This document shows, in pieces, positions 19,098 to 29,213 of a stretch of 64,000 nt of DNA. Under the pieces are notes generated by a model that was not told where the DNA came from, ran no database searches, and was given only the letters and a program-made list of their open reading frames with translations. The position numbers and the translations under genes were made by a program. Source of the DNA: Sphingobacteriales bacterium (GTDB taxonomy: Bacteria; Bacteroidota; Bacteroidia; Chitinophagales; JADIYW01); contig JADJYT010000003.1 of NCBI GenBank assembly GCA_016719635.1, positions 223,425 through 287,424 on the forward strand. Direction: 5' to 3'. Every line of letters begins with the position of its first letter. Position 1 is the first letter of the stretch.

Positions 19098-20330
19098 ATG
19101 AGCGACAATAAAATAAAATGTCCCAACTGCGGTACACTGATAGACATTGATGAAGTGCTAAACCATCAGGCGGAAGAAAAATACAAAAAAGAGTTTGAGG
19201 AAAAATACAGAAACTCCGCTTCAGAATTCCAGAAAGCAAAAGAAGCGCTGGCATTGCAGCTAAGAGAGTTTGAGGAAAAGAAAGCGAAAGAAAATGAACT
19301 CTTTCAAAAACGGCTCGAACAGAAACTGGAGGAGGAAAAAATAAAAATCACGCAGGAGCAGCAGTCAAAACTTAAAGAAGAATACGCGTTAAGCCTCCAA
19401 AAACTGGAGGAAGAAAATTCGGCGCGCAAGGAAGAAAACCAGGCCTTGAAAAACCAGCGGCTGGAATTACTGAAGAAAGAAGAAGCGCTGGAGGAGGACA
19501 AAAAGAATTTTGAATTAAAATTACTGGAACAGCGAAAGGCCGTAAAGGAAGAACTGGAATCAAAGATAAAACAGGAGAAGGATTCCGAAATAGACCTCTT
19601 AAAGAAGGAATTTAAGATCAGGGAAGAACAACAGGCGAAACTCATCGATGAGATGAAGCGGAAGGCGGAACAGGGATCCATGCAATTGCAGGGTGAAAAA
19701 CAAGAACTTGTAATCGAAGAGTTTTTAAAAGATAACTTCCCGTTTGATGAAATCAGTGAAGTTGCAAAAGGAAAACGAGGTGCAGACTGTATACAAATAA
19801 TAAACACCCGAAATAAATCACATTGCGGCAGCATTATTTATGAGAGCAAGGAAACAGCTAACTGGGATAACAAATGGATTGAGAAATTAAAACAGGATAA
19901 AATTACTGCAAATGCTGATATTGCTGTTTTGGTAACCACCAAATACCCCAAAAATATTGACAGAATGACGTTGATAGAAGATGTTTGGGTATGCTCTCTT
20001 CCTGAATTTAAAAGTTTGTGTTTTGTCCTTCGAGACAGCCTGATTAAAATTGATGCTGCCACCACTTCACAAATGAACAAAGGTGACAAAATGGTCATGC
20101 TATACGATTATTTTACGGGTGCAGACTTTAAGGACAAATGGACGGCAATACGTGAAAGTTTTATAGCCATGAGAATGTCAATTATTAAGGAGCGCGAACA
20201 GATGGAAAAATTATGGAGCGCCCGTGAGAAAAATCTGGATAAAATCATACGCAACGCTTCCAACATCCAGGGTGACATAGAAGGCATATCAGGGTTGGAA
20301 AATGTTGATATTAACTTATTGGACGAATAA
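19098..20330 (+). CDS. DUF2130-like protein (zinc ribbon, long coiled coil, C-terminal nuclease-like fold)
   Basis: Starts MSDNKIKCPNCG, followed by about 200 aa of E/K-rich coiled coil and then GADCIQII....GSIIYESKETANWDNKWIEKLKQD...ADIAVLV. Start moved to the ATG at 19098. Confidence 0.6.
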   Translation: MSDNKIKCPNCGTLIDIDEVLNHQAEEKYKKEFEEKYRNSASEFQKAKEALALQLREFEEKKAKENELFQKRLEQKLEEEKIKITQEQQSKLKEEYALSLQKLEEENSARKEENQALKNQRLELLKKEEALEEDKKNFELKLLEQRKAVKEELESKIKQEKDSEIDLLKKEFKIREEQQAKLIDEMKRKAEQGSMQLQGEKQELVIEEFLKDNFPFDEISEVAKGKRGADCIQIINTRNKSHCGSIIYESKETANWDNKWIEKLKQDKITANADIAVLVTTKYPKNIDRMTLIEDVWVCSLPEFKSLCFVLRDSLIKIDAATTSQMNKGDKMVMLYDYFTGADFKDKWTAIRESFIAMRMSIIKEREQMEKLWSAREKNLDKIIRNASNIQGDIEGISGLENVDINLLDE

Positions 20331-20332
20331 AT

Positions 20333-20779
20333 TTACTGCGCGTTCAATTTCGCCGATAAGGTAACCGGTACGGCTGCCAATGCTTTGGATACCGGGCAAT
20401 TCACTTTTGCCACGCCTGCCAATTCCTGAAATTTTTCTTCAGAGATTCCCGGAATAGTTGCCTCGAGCTCCAGGTGAATACCCGTAAATCCAAAACCGCT
20501 TTCCCCTTTTTCAATGGAAACGATCGCCTCTGTATGAATGGATACGGGTGGAAATCCGGCGTTGGATAATTGAAAACTCAATGCCATGGAAAAACAACCG
20601 GCATGCGCTGCGGCAATCAGTTCTTCCGGATTTGTTCCGGCCTTACCATCCTCACTCTGAAAGCGGGCGGCAAATGAATAAGGTGTATCCTTCAAAATGC
20701 CGCTGGTGGATGTCAGCTTTCCGCTTCCTTCCAACCCTGTGCCGTTCCATACGGCAGTTGCTCTTCTTTTTAGTGTCAT
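20333..20779 (-). CDS. osmC: OsmC-family peroxiredoxin
   Basis: 148 aa with AAHAGCFSMAL and a C-terminal ...NCPVSKAL cysteine pair. Confidence 0.85.
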   Translation of the reverse strand: MTLKRRATAVWNGTGLEGSGKLTSTSGILKDTPYSFAARFQSEDGKAGTNPEELIAAAHAGCFSMALSFQLSNAGFPPVSIHTEAIVSIEKGESGFGFTGIHLELEATIPGISEEKFQELAGVAKVNCPVSKALAAVPVTLSAKLNAQ

Positions 20780-21063
20780 GGTAATCTATTTATGTTTGTA
20801 AAGGTAATAAATCGATAATTAAAATCCCTACTAGATTCCTCTGTATCACTTCAAATCGAAATAGAAAACAGGGAAAATTGCCATTTACCATTTAAATCTG
20901 CCGTTTACTCAATCGTTCGGGGGAGTGTATCAGCCTCGATATACCTTTACATCATCAAAACAAACAATACACACTAACAACTAAAACAAACAAAACTATG
21001 AAAACGAACATTCAAACAGCAGGTGCAATCATCTTAACAGAGATTGCCTGCGCAGCAAAGAAA

Positions 21064-21258
21064 ATGGCAGTTAAATCTTCCAAAACGGCATTACTGATTG
21101 CAGTTGGACTGACTTTTGTATTGAGCTCCTGCAGCCGAAATGTAAGCTCCGGATGCGGTACCTGGTCGTATAAACAATCCAACGAACGCAAGTACAACAG
21201 TCAGGTAGCGAAGATGTACAAAACCTGCCCGGGCGGATTCTGCTCCAACTCCAGATAA
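21064..21258 (+). CDS. small Cys-rich putative lipoprotein
   Basis: MAVKSSKTALLIAVGLTFVLSSC lipobox; the short mature part contains 3 more Cys. An upstream ATG at 20998 is also possible. Confidence 0.35.
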   Translation: MAVKSSKTALLIAVGLTFVLSSCSRNVSSGCGTWSYKQSNERKYNSQVAKMYKTCPGGFCSNSR

Positions 21259-21282
21259 GCGAATCAAAAACCATGAAACAAG

Positions 21283-21310
21283 AAAAGGACTGCGCATGCA
21301 GTCCTTTTTT
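21283..21310. terminator. bidirectional rho-independent terminator between convergent genes
   Basis: aaaa-ggactgcgcatgcagtcc-tttttt. Confidence 0.75.
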
Positions 21311-21328
21311 ATTATTTATAGAAATCTT

Positions 21329-22729
21329 CTATTTCAGCCCGCCAATCATATCTTCCGGCTTCACCCATTCGTCAAACTGTTTTGCGGTGACATACCCCAA
21401 TTTAATGGCTGTCTCTTTCAGCGTTGCATTATTCTTGTGGGCGGTCTGTGCAATTTCAGCCGATTTGTAATACCCGATTTTTGTATTCAGTGCCGTTACC
21501 AGCATCAGTGAATTTTCCAGATTCCTTTTGATGTTGCCGTGCAATGGCTCGATTCCCGTTGCACATTTATCATTGAACGACACACATACATCTCCGATTA
21601 ACCGGGCACTGTGCAGGAAATTATAAATCATCACCGGCTTAAAGACGTTTAATTCAAAATGGCCGTTGCTGCCGCCGATATTGATGGCTACATCATTTCC
21701 CAGCACCTGTGCAGCCACCATCGTCATAGCTTCACATTGTGTAGGGTTTACTTTTCCAGGCATGATGGAGGATCCCGGTTCGTTATCCGGGATATGAATC
21801 TCGCCGATGCCGCAGCGCGGTCCGGAGGACAGCATACGGATATCATTCCCGATTTTCATCAGGGAAACCGCCACCGTTTTCAATGCTCCATGTGCTTCCA
21901 CAATGGCATCGTGCGCCGCTAAGGATTCAAATTTATTATTCGCCGTAACAAAAGGTAGTCCGGTTAAATTCGCAATTTCCTTCGCTACATTTTTTGCATA
22001 TCCCTTAGGGGTATTGATACCCGTTCCCACTGCCGTTCCGCCTAATGCCAGCTCGGCTAAATGGTCCAGGGAATTTTCAACCGCTTTCAGACCGTGATCC
22101 AGTTGAGACACATAACCTGAAAACTCCTGCCCCAACGTAAGCGGTGTGGCATCCATAAAATGCGTACGGCCTATTTTTACAATTTTGGAAAACTCTTTTG
22201 ATTTTTTAGCCAGCGTATTTCTCAATTTCTTGATGCCCGGGATGGTCGTCTCCATTAAAATGGTATAAGCCGCAATGTACATGGCGGTTGGAAACGTATC
22301 GTTGGATGAATGGGATTTATTGACACCATCATTCGGGTTGATTAACTTCTTTTCATCCGTTAACTGACCGCCTAACAGGACATGGCCACGGTAAGCAATC
22401 ACTTCATTGCAATTCATGTTTGATTGCGTTCCGGAACCCGTCTGCCAAACCACCAGTGGAAACTGGTCATCCAGCTTACCCGCCAGGATCTCATCGCACA
22501 CCTTACCGATCGTTTCACACTTTTGCTTTTCCAGCACCTTGGCTTTGTAGTTGGTAATGGCTGCCGCTTTCTTCAGGTAAGCAAATGCCCGGATGATTTC
22601 CTTCGGCATTTTATTGATATCCTGTGCAATCTGAAAGTTGTCGATGGAACGCTGTGTCTGCGCTCCGTAATAAACATGTGCAGGTACCTTCACCTGACCC
22701 ATTGTGTCTTTTTCTATTCTGTATTCCAT
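21329..22729 (-). CDS. fumC: class II fumarate hydratase
   Basis: [11 protein letters not shown] signature and an N-terminus [23 protein letters not shown] that aligns to FumC. Start set at the ATG at 22729; the track start is 22759. Confidence 0.93.
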   Translation of the reverse strand: MEYRIEKDTMGQVKVPAHVYYGAQTQRSIDNFQIAQDINKMPKEIIRAFAYLKKAAAITNYKAKVLEKQKCETIGKVCDEILAGKLDDQFPLVVWQTGSGTQSNMNCNEVIAYRGHVLLGGQLTDEKKLINPNDGVNKSHSSNDTFPTAMYIAAYTILMETTIPGIKKLRNTLAKKSKEFSKIVKIGRTHFMDATPLTLGQEFSGYVSQLDHGLKAVENSLDHLAELALGGTAVGTGINTPKGYAKNVAKEIANLTGLPFVTANNKFESLAAHDAIVEAHGALKTVAVSLMKIGNDIRMLSSGPRCGIGEIHIPDNEPGSSIMPGKVNPTQCEAMTMVAAQVLGNDVAINIGGSNGHFELNVFKPVMIYNFLHSARLIGDVCVSFNDKCATGIEPLHGNIKRNLENSLMLVTALNTKIGYYKSAEIAQTAHKNNATLKETAIKLGYVTAKQFDEWVKPEDMIGGLK

Positions 22730-22799
22730 TTTATAATTGTTGTATTCGGTATTGGTCATTTGCTTATCCTTATTGTTTTAGATAAAACCCCGAACTTTC

Positions 22800-23390
22800 T
22801 GTTTTAGCCCCCCTTTTCCCCCTGGGGGGGTTTCCCTTTCCCACCTTATGCAAAGCTTAGCTAATTTTTGGGGGGGTCCCAAGAAAAGGGGGGGGGGGAG
22901 AGGGGGGTGTCCCCTTTTATTTTTCCCTTCCCCGGGGGGGGGAGATTTGTTTTTTAAAAAGGGAATTCTCTTTTTTGGTGGGCCTTCCTTTTTTCACTCC
23001 GCGAAAAAAAATTTTTTTTTTTTCACATTCCCCTTTTTTTTTTGGTTGTGTGTTGTTTGGTGTGTTTCTCTCCCTCTTTAAAAAAATTAAAAACACAAAC
23101 CCCCCCCCCTGCCTCGGTTTTTGGGGAAGGGAAAGGAAGGTTATTTTTTATTTTTTTTAAATTTTAAAGGGCCGGGGGCTGGCGTGGTCCTTTCCTTCCC
23201 CCTAACCTCTCTTTTTTTTTTTTGGGGGGGGTTGGGCTGGCGCCCCCCTTTTTATTTTTTGTTTTTTGGTTTTTCTCTCTTTCGCGCCTCGGTGTTTTTT
23301 TTTTTTGTTTTTTTTTTAAAGGAAAAAAAAAAAAAACAAAGAAAGGGGGGGGTTTGGTTTTCCCTTCCCCCCCCTTTTCCTTCCTCCTTA
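22800..23390. repeat. homopolymer-run low-complexity tract (~590 bp), probable sequence artefact
   Basis: Almost the whole stretch consists of mononucleotide runs of 3-13 nt in all four bases (for example ccccccttttccccctgggggggtttcccttt). This is unlike any other part of the window except 33886-34068. Confidence 0.8.
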
Positions 23391-24160
23391 AAATCAGGTT
23401 TGCGTTTTTCCAGGAAAGCCGCCACCCCTTCTTTCACGTCTTCTGTTTTAAACAAATCGCCGAAGGCATTGACTTCATAGGCAAATCCATCCACTCCTTC
23501 CTTGAAATAAGCATTGGTGCATTCAATGACTTTTGCCACTGCAACCGGCCCTTTGGTGGCTATTTTATGGATTATGGATACTGCTTTTTCTATGGCGGAA
23601 ACTTTATCCTGTTCCACGTAATTCACCAATCCCAGATTCAATGCCGTTTGCGCATCAATCAGATCCGCTGTCAGGTGCAATTCCAATGCCTTTGCCTTAC
23701 CAATATATTGTATCAGGCGCTGTGTGCCGCCGTATCCTGCAATGATTCCCAAATTGACTTCCGGCTGTCCGAATTTTGCATTGGACGTGGCGATACGCAT
23801 ATGACAGGCCATGGAAAGCTCACATCCGCCGCCTAAAGCAAACCCGTTGACCACCGCAATGACCGGAACGGGCATATGCTCAATGGAAAAGAAGATATCA
23901 TGACCGCGCTGTGCCAGCAACTTCGCCTGCTGAATATCCAGCGTCTGGAACTCAGCGATGTCGGCACCCGCCACGAATGCTTTCTCTCCGGCGCCCGTCA
24001 GGATTACACCCTTTAATCCGTGTGTTTTCCTCGCTTCTTCAAATGCCGTCTGAATTTCCACAATGGTTGCTCCGTTCAAGGCATTCAGCTTGTCAGCACG
24101 GTTAATCGTCAGATGGAGAATATTATCCGTAATTTCCCATAATAAATTCTTGAATTCCAT
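23252..24160 (-). CDS. enoyl-CoA hydratase/isomerase (crotonase) family protein; 3' end unreliable
   Basis: Crotonase fold (LTGAGEKAFVAGADI, NGFALGGGCELSMACHMRIA) and a typical C-terminus ...EGVAAFLEKRKPDFK near 23390. The last ~45 codons of the ORF are read from the homopolymer tract. Start set at the ATG at 24160. Confidence 0.8.
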   Translation of the reverse strand: MEFKNLLWEITDNILHLTINRADKLNALNGATIVEIQTAFEEARKTHGLKGVILTGAGEKAFVAGADIAEFQTLDIQQAKLLAQRGHDIFFSIEHMPVPVIAVVNGFALGGGCELSMACHMRIATSNAKFGQPEVNLGIIAGYGGTQRLIQYIGKAKALELHLTADLIDAQTALNLGLVNYVEQDKVSAIEKAVSIIHKIATKGPVAVAKVIECTNAYFKEGVDGFAYEVNAFGDLFKTEDVKEGVAAFLEKRKPDFKEEGKGGGRENQTPPFLCFFFFSFKKKTKKKNTEARKREKPKNKK

Positions 24161-24170
24161 AGTACTAATT

Positions 24171-25550
24171 TTATCTGAATACAAAGCGTAGAATGATATC
24201 CGGAATGATACCTGCCAGAATAATCAATGCAGTAATAAGCAACAGGGCAATGGTGTTAAAGCCTGATATTCTTATTGGTGTCGTGCCTTCGGCATCCATG
24301 CTGAACATCGCAATGATGATTTTGAAATAATAATACACGCCGATTAAAGAGGCCAATATGGCTATCACCGCAATCATGGTTTTACCGCTCGCCAGAACAT
24401 TTACCAATATAAAATACTTGGCAAAAAATCCGGACAGAGGCGGTATTCCGGCCATGGATAACAAGGCAATGGTCATGGAACCCGCCAAAACCGGATTGCG
24501 CTTCACCAGCCCTTTAAAGATGGAGATTTCCTCTTCCTGCTCCGCCTGTTCAGACACCAGGTAAAACACCCAGAAGGCTGCAAGGCTGGAAAGCGTATAA
24601 GCCAGTAAATAATGCCAGGTGACATAGGTGGTGGAAGGACTCAGAACGGTTATTCCCAAAATAATAAAACCGGCATGGCCGATGCTGGAATATGCCAGCA
24701 TACGCTTTGTATTGGATTGGGTGGCTGCAATAACATTGCCCAGCACAATCGTAAGCGTGGAAATGACCAGCAATATGATATTGTAAGTGGTATAGAAAGA
24801 AATGACAACACTGAAGAGCCTGTAAAAACCGACGATGGCTCCAATCTTGACAATAGTTGCCATGAAGGCCGTAATGACAGTTGGCGCACCTGTGTACACA
24901 TCCGGTGTCCAGAAATGAAATGGGACTGCCGACATTTTAAATGCGAGCGCAAACAAAATCAACACCAGTCCGACCATCAGCAGTTGCTGGCTGATTCCAT
25001 AAGTGGACATGGAGGTCGATACAATCTGCATCAGCTTAAAACTACCGATGGCGCCGTACACAAAGGTGATACCCAGCAGCAAAAAGCCGCTTGCAAAAGA
25101 GCCTAAGATAAAATACTTGAAAGCCGCTTCGTTTGAATTCAGGCTTCGCTTATTGCTACCTGCCAGTACATATACAGGAATGGACAATATCTCGACACCG
25201 AGAAACAACATCGCAAGATGGGTATAGGAACTTAAAATGAACACACCCACCAGGGAAAACAGCACCAAAGAATAATGATCTGATTGGCTATGGTCATTCT
25301 TTATGTAATTAAAGGAGAAGATCAACCACAAAATGGCAATGAAAGAAAATAATATGGTGAAGGCCAGCGGAATCTTATCCAGAACCAGCATGCCGTAAAT
25401 ATTTTCATTGGTACCGAAGTCGTTGAAGCAAAAGCCGATATTGACCAGCAATCCGACAATAGCAAAGGGCAGTATCAGCTTACGGATATTCAGTATCTCG
25501 AATACCAGCGCTGCGATTCCCAATCCCGATAATAATAATAACTCTTTCAT
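24171..25550 (-). CDS. nuoN: NADH-quinone oxidoreductase subunit N
   Basis: 459 aa antiporter-like subunit, last gene of the nuo operon. Confidence 0.9.
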   Translation of the reverse strand: MKELLLLSGLGIAALVFEILNIRKLILPFAIVGLLVNIGFCFNDFGTNENIYGMLVLDKIPLAFTILFSFIAILWLIFSFNYIKNDHSQSDHYSLVLFSLVGVFILSSYTHLAMLFLGVEILSIPVYVLAGSNKRSLNSNEAAFKYFILGSFASGFLLLGITFVYGAIGSFKLMQIVSTSMSTYGISQQLLMVGLVLILFALAFKMSAVPFHFWTPDVYTGAPTVITAFMATIVKIGAIVGFYRLFSVVISFYTTYNIILLVISTLTIVLGNVIAATQSNTKRMLAYSSIGHAGFIILGITVLSPSTTYVTWHYLLAYTLSSLAAFWVFYLVSEQAEQEEEISIFKGLVKRNPVLAGSMTIALLSMAGIPPLSGFFAKYFILVNVLASGKTMIAVIAILASLIGVYYYFKIIIAMFSMDAEGTTPIRISGFNTIALLLITALIILAGIIPDIILRFVFR

Positions 25551-25579
25551 ATTTCTAACATTCTCTTCGAGAACCTCTT

Positions 25580-27055
25580 TTATTGTACTGAATTAGCTGT
25601 AACACTGTGTACATGATCAATTAATTGTTTTACCGGTTGTTCAGATACATCCAGTATGGTATTTGGAAACAATCCGAAGAATATCACTAATACCGCAAAT
25701 CCGGCCAGTATCATCTTTTCATCTTTACTGATTTCACCAAACGTTTGTGTCAGGCTGTTCGATTCACCGTGCATCATCGCCTGATAGGCGCGCAGCATAT
25801 ACACTGCTCCCAGAATAACGGTCAACCCCCCAAAGAGAGCCGCCATCATATTATACTGAAAAATACCATGCAGCAGCAGGAACTCCCCGACAAAACCATT
25901 GGTCAGCGGCATGGCTATACTTCCGAGCAATACAATCAGAAACAGGACGCTGAATTCCCGTGATACATTTCGGATACCGCCTAACTGATGCATCGTATCC
26001 GTTTTCATTTTACTGAAAATGATATCGCACACATAAAATAAGGCGACCACATTGATACCATGAGAAAGCATCTGATAAAGTGCACCCTGTACCCCCTGAA
26101 GATTCCAGGAAAAAATACCGGCAGCAATCAATCCGACATGCCCGAGCGATGAATACGCCAGCATGCGTTTAAAGTCTTTTTGTGTCAATGCCATAAGGGA
26201 TCCGTAGACTACACTTATCACACTTAGTGTAATAACGTATTTGGATGCAAGCTGCCAGCCCAGCGGCACCACCGGTATCAGCCAAACGATCAATGCAAAA
26301 GCGCCCATTTTCAACATAATACCCGACAAAAGCATGGTACCTTGTGTAGGTGCATTGACGTAGGTATCCGGCTGCCAGGTATGCAGCGGAAAGATCGGTA
26401 TTTTGATGGCAAAGGCAAGGTAAAAGGCGATAAACACCAGTAACTGCTCCTTTGCTGTCAACTGCGCACCTACCTGATAAAATGCGTTCATGCTGAAACT
26501 TCTGTCCGGATTATGCATCCATACAAATATGATAGCCAGCAGCATGAATAAACTACCGAATAGTGTATAAACGAAAAACTTAAAGGTGATTTTTTGTCTG
26601 CCAGCTCCTCCCCATATCAGTGCAATCAGATAAATGGGCAGCAAGGCCAGTTCCCAGAACACGTAAAACAACAAGGCATCTTTAGCCAAAAACACCCCTA
26701 ATAAGGCACTTTGCATCAGCAGGATTAAACTAAAATAGGCTTTCGGATTTTTAATGGTTCTTCCTTCCGTACTTTGAATAATGAAAGGCAGCAATAAAAC
26801 CGTCAGTAATACCAGAATGATATTAATTCCGTCAACCTTGAGAAAAAAGTCAGCACCTAAAGCCTGTACCCAATCTGTATGAAAGATGAAATCCGCAGAT
26901 GCCGGATTTGACTTAAACTGACTGAAGATATACAGACCCACACCTAACGTCACCACCGTACCTAACAGGGCGTTATTTTTTGCCTGTTTCTCATTCAGAA
27001 ACAACGTTGAGAAAACGAAAAGCACCGGTAATATGACCAAGAGTAATACTAACAT
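25580..27055 (-). CDS. nuoM: NADH-quinone oxidoreductase subunit M
   Basis: 491 aa antiporter-like subunit in the expected position and order. Confidence 0.9.
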   Translation of the reverse strand: MLVLLLVILPVLFVFSTLFLNEKQAKNNALLGTVVTLGVGLYIFSQFKSNPASADFIFHTDWVQALGADFFLKVDGINIILVLLTVLLLPFIIQSTEGRTIKNPKAYFSLILLMQSALLGVFLAKDALLFYVFWELALLPIYLIALIWGGAGRQKITFKFFVYTLFGSLFMLLAIIFVWMHNPDRSFSMNAFYQVGAQLTAKEQLLVFIAFYLAFAIKIPIFPLHTWQPDTYVNAPTQGTMLLSGIMLKMGAFALIVWLIPVVPLGWQLASKYVITLSVISVVYGSLMALTQKDFKRMLAYSSLGHVGLIAAGIFSWNLQGVQGALYQMLSHGINVVALFYVCDIIFSKMKTDTMHQLGGIRNVSREFSVLFLIVLLGSIAMPLTNGFVGEFLLLHGIFQYNMMAALFGGLTVILGAVYMLRAYQAMMHGESNSLTQTFGEISKDEKMILAGFAVLVIFFGLFPNTILDVSEQPVKQLIDHVHSVTANSVQ

Positions 27056-27058
27056 ATT

Positions 27059-27301
27059 TTACAGACTGAACAACAAGTAAGCAATTTTTTCAACAACAAC
27101 AGAATATGTAAATGAGACAACATGGTTTACCCCATTTACTGCGATTTCCGATAATTCATTATCCATATTCCCCGATAATGCCAGCAACGCCAACTGTGAT
27201 ACGCCAATAAACAAAGCGATACGCTGTATGTATCTTGCATTGAAGACGTTTAAGGCAGGTATGGCTACTACCAGCAACGTCAGTAAGAATATCAGTATCA
27301 T
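27059..27301 (-). CDS. hypothetical 80-aa membrane protein between nuoL and nuoM
   Basis: ATG start 3 nt after the nuoL stop, and a stop 3 nt before the nuoM start. Two clear hydrophobic helices. No family recognised. Confidence 0.4.
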   Translation of the reverse strand: MILIFLLTLLVVAIPALNVFNARYIQRIALFIGVSQLALLALSGNMDNELSEIAVNGVNHVVSFTYSVVVEKIAYLLFSL

Positions 27302-27304
27302 ATT

Positions 27305-29206
27305 TTAAATTTTTATAAACATTAATAATATCAAACCTATCATACTCAACACCATCGCAATAGCATAAAATCCTATACTGCCCGTTTGTGTCAGCCTTAA
27401 TAACTGGCTCCAGTTCACGACGGAAGAGCCTATTCCATTTACCATGGCATCAATCCCTGATCGCTCCACAAACCCGTACAACAGTCCGGCAATTCTATTC
27501 AACGGCTTTACAACAACCGCTTCATAAATCTCATCGATATAGTATTTGTGGTAAATAATTTCCTTAAATAAGGATATCGGCGCATCATCATCCTGCGGGA
27601 TTTGTTTTTTCGCGATGAATATTATTCTGGTCCATAGTATGATTCCTAAAATCAGAACCACCGTTACGCCCATCAAAAGTAATTCCGTATTCAGCGAAAT
27701 TTCAGCCTCATTCATTTGGACAGAAGCGGCCAGGAAACCATCCAGCCAATGATGGATATTCAATGCATGGCCAAGCTCATGCGGGAATCCAATAAAACCG
27801 GCAACAACAGAAAGCCCCGCTAAAACCATCAATGGAACCGTCATGCTTTTAGGCGATTCATGTACATGGTTTTTCTGGATATCATTTCCCCGAAATTCCC
27901 CGAAGAAAGTCAGGAAGAACAAACGGAACATATAAAAAGCCGTCATCAATGATACCAGCAATGCCAAAGCAAACAATATCTTACTGTGTACAAACAGTTC
28001 AGCCAGCATCTGGTCTTTGGAGAAGAAACCCGCAAACGGCGGAATGCCTGCAATGGCTATGGCAGCTATCATGAAGGTAACGTAGGTAAGGGGCATTTTA
28101 TTTTTCAATCCGCCCATATTGCGTATATCCTGATCACCGCTCATACCGTGAATCACACTGCCGGCACCGAGGAATAGCAAGGCCTTAAAGAATGCATGCG
28201 TGACAACGTGAAATACACCGGCGGAAAATGCGCCAACGCCCAATGCACAGAATATCAGTCCTAACTGGGATACCGTCGAATATGCCAGCACTTTTTTAAT
28301 ATCATTCTGAAACAAGGCAATGGAGGCGGATAATAAAGCCGTTGCAATTCCCACGATGGAAATAATTTCCATCGTCAGCGGCGCGGCGCTGAATAAGGTT
28401 CCGCATCTGGCAACCATATAAATTCCGGCTGTCACCATTGTGGCAGCGTGAATCAGGGCAGATACGGGTGTCGGGCCAGCCATTGCATCCGGCAGCCAGG
28501 TGTATAATGGTATCTGTGCGGATTTACCCATGGCACCGACAAACAACAACATGGTTATCAGTGTCACCAGCTTTCCGTCTACCACAACATTACCCACCTC
28601 ACCAAACACATGGTGATAATTGATACTGCCAAAAACGCCGAACGTGAGGATGATACCCAGCAGGAACCCCAAATCACCGATGCGGTTCATGATAAATGCT
28701 TTATTAGCAGCGTTGCTGTATCTGATATTTTTAAACCAAAATCCAATTAAAAGATAAGAGCAAAGCCCAACCCCTTCCCATCCTACAAACATCAGCAGGA
28801 AGTTATCTCCCAATACCAGTAAAAGCATAAAGAAGACAAAAAGGTTCAGATAGGAAAAATAGCGGTTGTAATCTTTCTCATCGTGCATGTATCCGGCGGA
28901 ATAGACATGAATCAGAAATCCGACTCCTGTGATAACCAGCAGAAAAATGACAGACAATGAATCTACCAAAAATGAAAAGTCTGCATGAAAATCTCCTACA
29001 CTTATCCAGTTCATCAAAGGCACGGTGACGGCCTGATTGTCAGAAAGCTGAGAAAAGAAAAGCAGTACTGCTACAAGGAAAGAAGCCAGTATACTTCCGG
29101 GTGCCAGATAGGTGGTGATATGCTTTGGTAATTTTTTGCCCAACAAAGAGATGATGGTAAAACTCACCAACGGAAATAAAGGAATAAGATAGACTAATTG
29201 CTGCAT
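27305..29206 (-). CDS. nuoL: NADH-quinone oxidoreductase subunit L
   Basis: 633 aa with the typical NuoL N-terminus and a long C-terminal amphipathic extension. Confidence 0.92.
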   Translation of the reverse strand: MQQLVYLIPLFPLVSFTIISLLGKKLPKHITTYLAPGSILASFLVAVLLFFSQLSDNQAVTVPLMNWISVGDFHADFSFLVDSLSVIFLLVITGVGFLIHVYSAGYMHDEKDYNRYFSYLNLFVFFMLLLVLGDNFLLMFVGWEGVGLCSYLLIGFWFKNIRYSNAANKAFIMNRIGDLGFLLGIILTFGVFGSINYHHVFGEVGNVVVDGKLVTLITMLLFVGAMGKSAQIPLYTWLPDAMAGPTPVSALIHAATMVTAGIYMVARCGTLFSAAPLTMEIISIVGIATALLSASIALFQNDIKKVLAYSTVSQLGLIFCALGVGAFSAGVFHVVTHAFFKALLFLGAGSVIHGMSGDQDIRNMGGLKNKMPLTYVTFMIAAIAIAGIPPFAGFFSKDQMLAELFVHSKILFALALLVSLMTAFYMFRLFFLTFFGEFRGNDIQKNHVHESPKSMTVPLMVLAGLSVVAGFIGFPHELGHALNIHHWLDGFLAASVQMNEAEISLNTELLLMGVTVVLILGIILWTRIIFIAKKQIPQDDDAPISLFKEIIYHKYYIDEIYEAVVVKPLNRIAGLLYGFVERSGIDAMVNGIGSSVVNWSQLLRLTQTGSIGFYAIAMVLSMIGLILLMFIKI

Positions 29207-29213
29207 GAACCTG

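Noticed and set aside
19304-19834. A 176-aa Ser/Phe/Cys-rich ORF on the minus strand.
   Set aside because: It is antisense to the E/K-rich coiled-coil region of the DUF2130-like gene and is a low-complexity mirror artefact.
19098-20330. The DUF2130-like protein (zinc ribbon, coiled coil, nuclease-like C-terminus) as a candidate defence gene.
   Set aside because: It is a solitary gene between kup and osmC with no partner genes (methylase, ATPase, toxin). The family assignment itself is only moderate, so there is nothing beyond domain architecture to support a defence role.
22848-23836. Plus-strand ORFs 22848..23081, 22975..23160, 23121..23480 and 23222..23836 rich in G/F/K/P runs, and likewise 33855..34061 on the minus strand.
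   Set aside because: They are translations of the homopolymer-run tracts, or of the antisense strand of the crotonase gene. Their composition simply mirrors mononucleotide runs.
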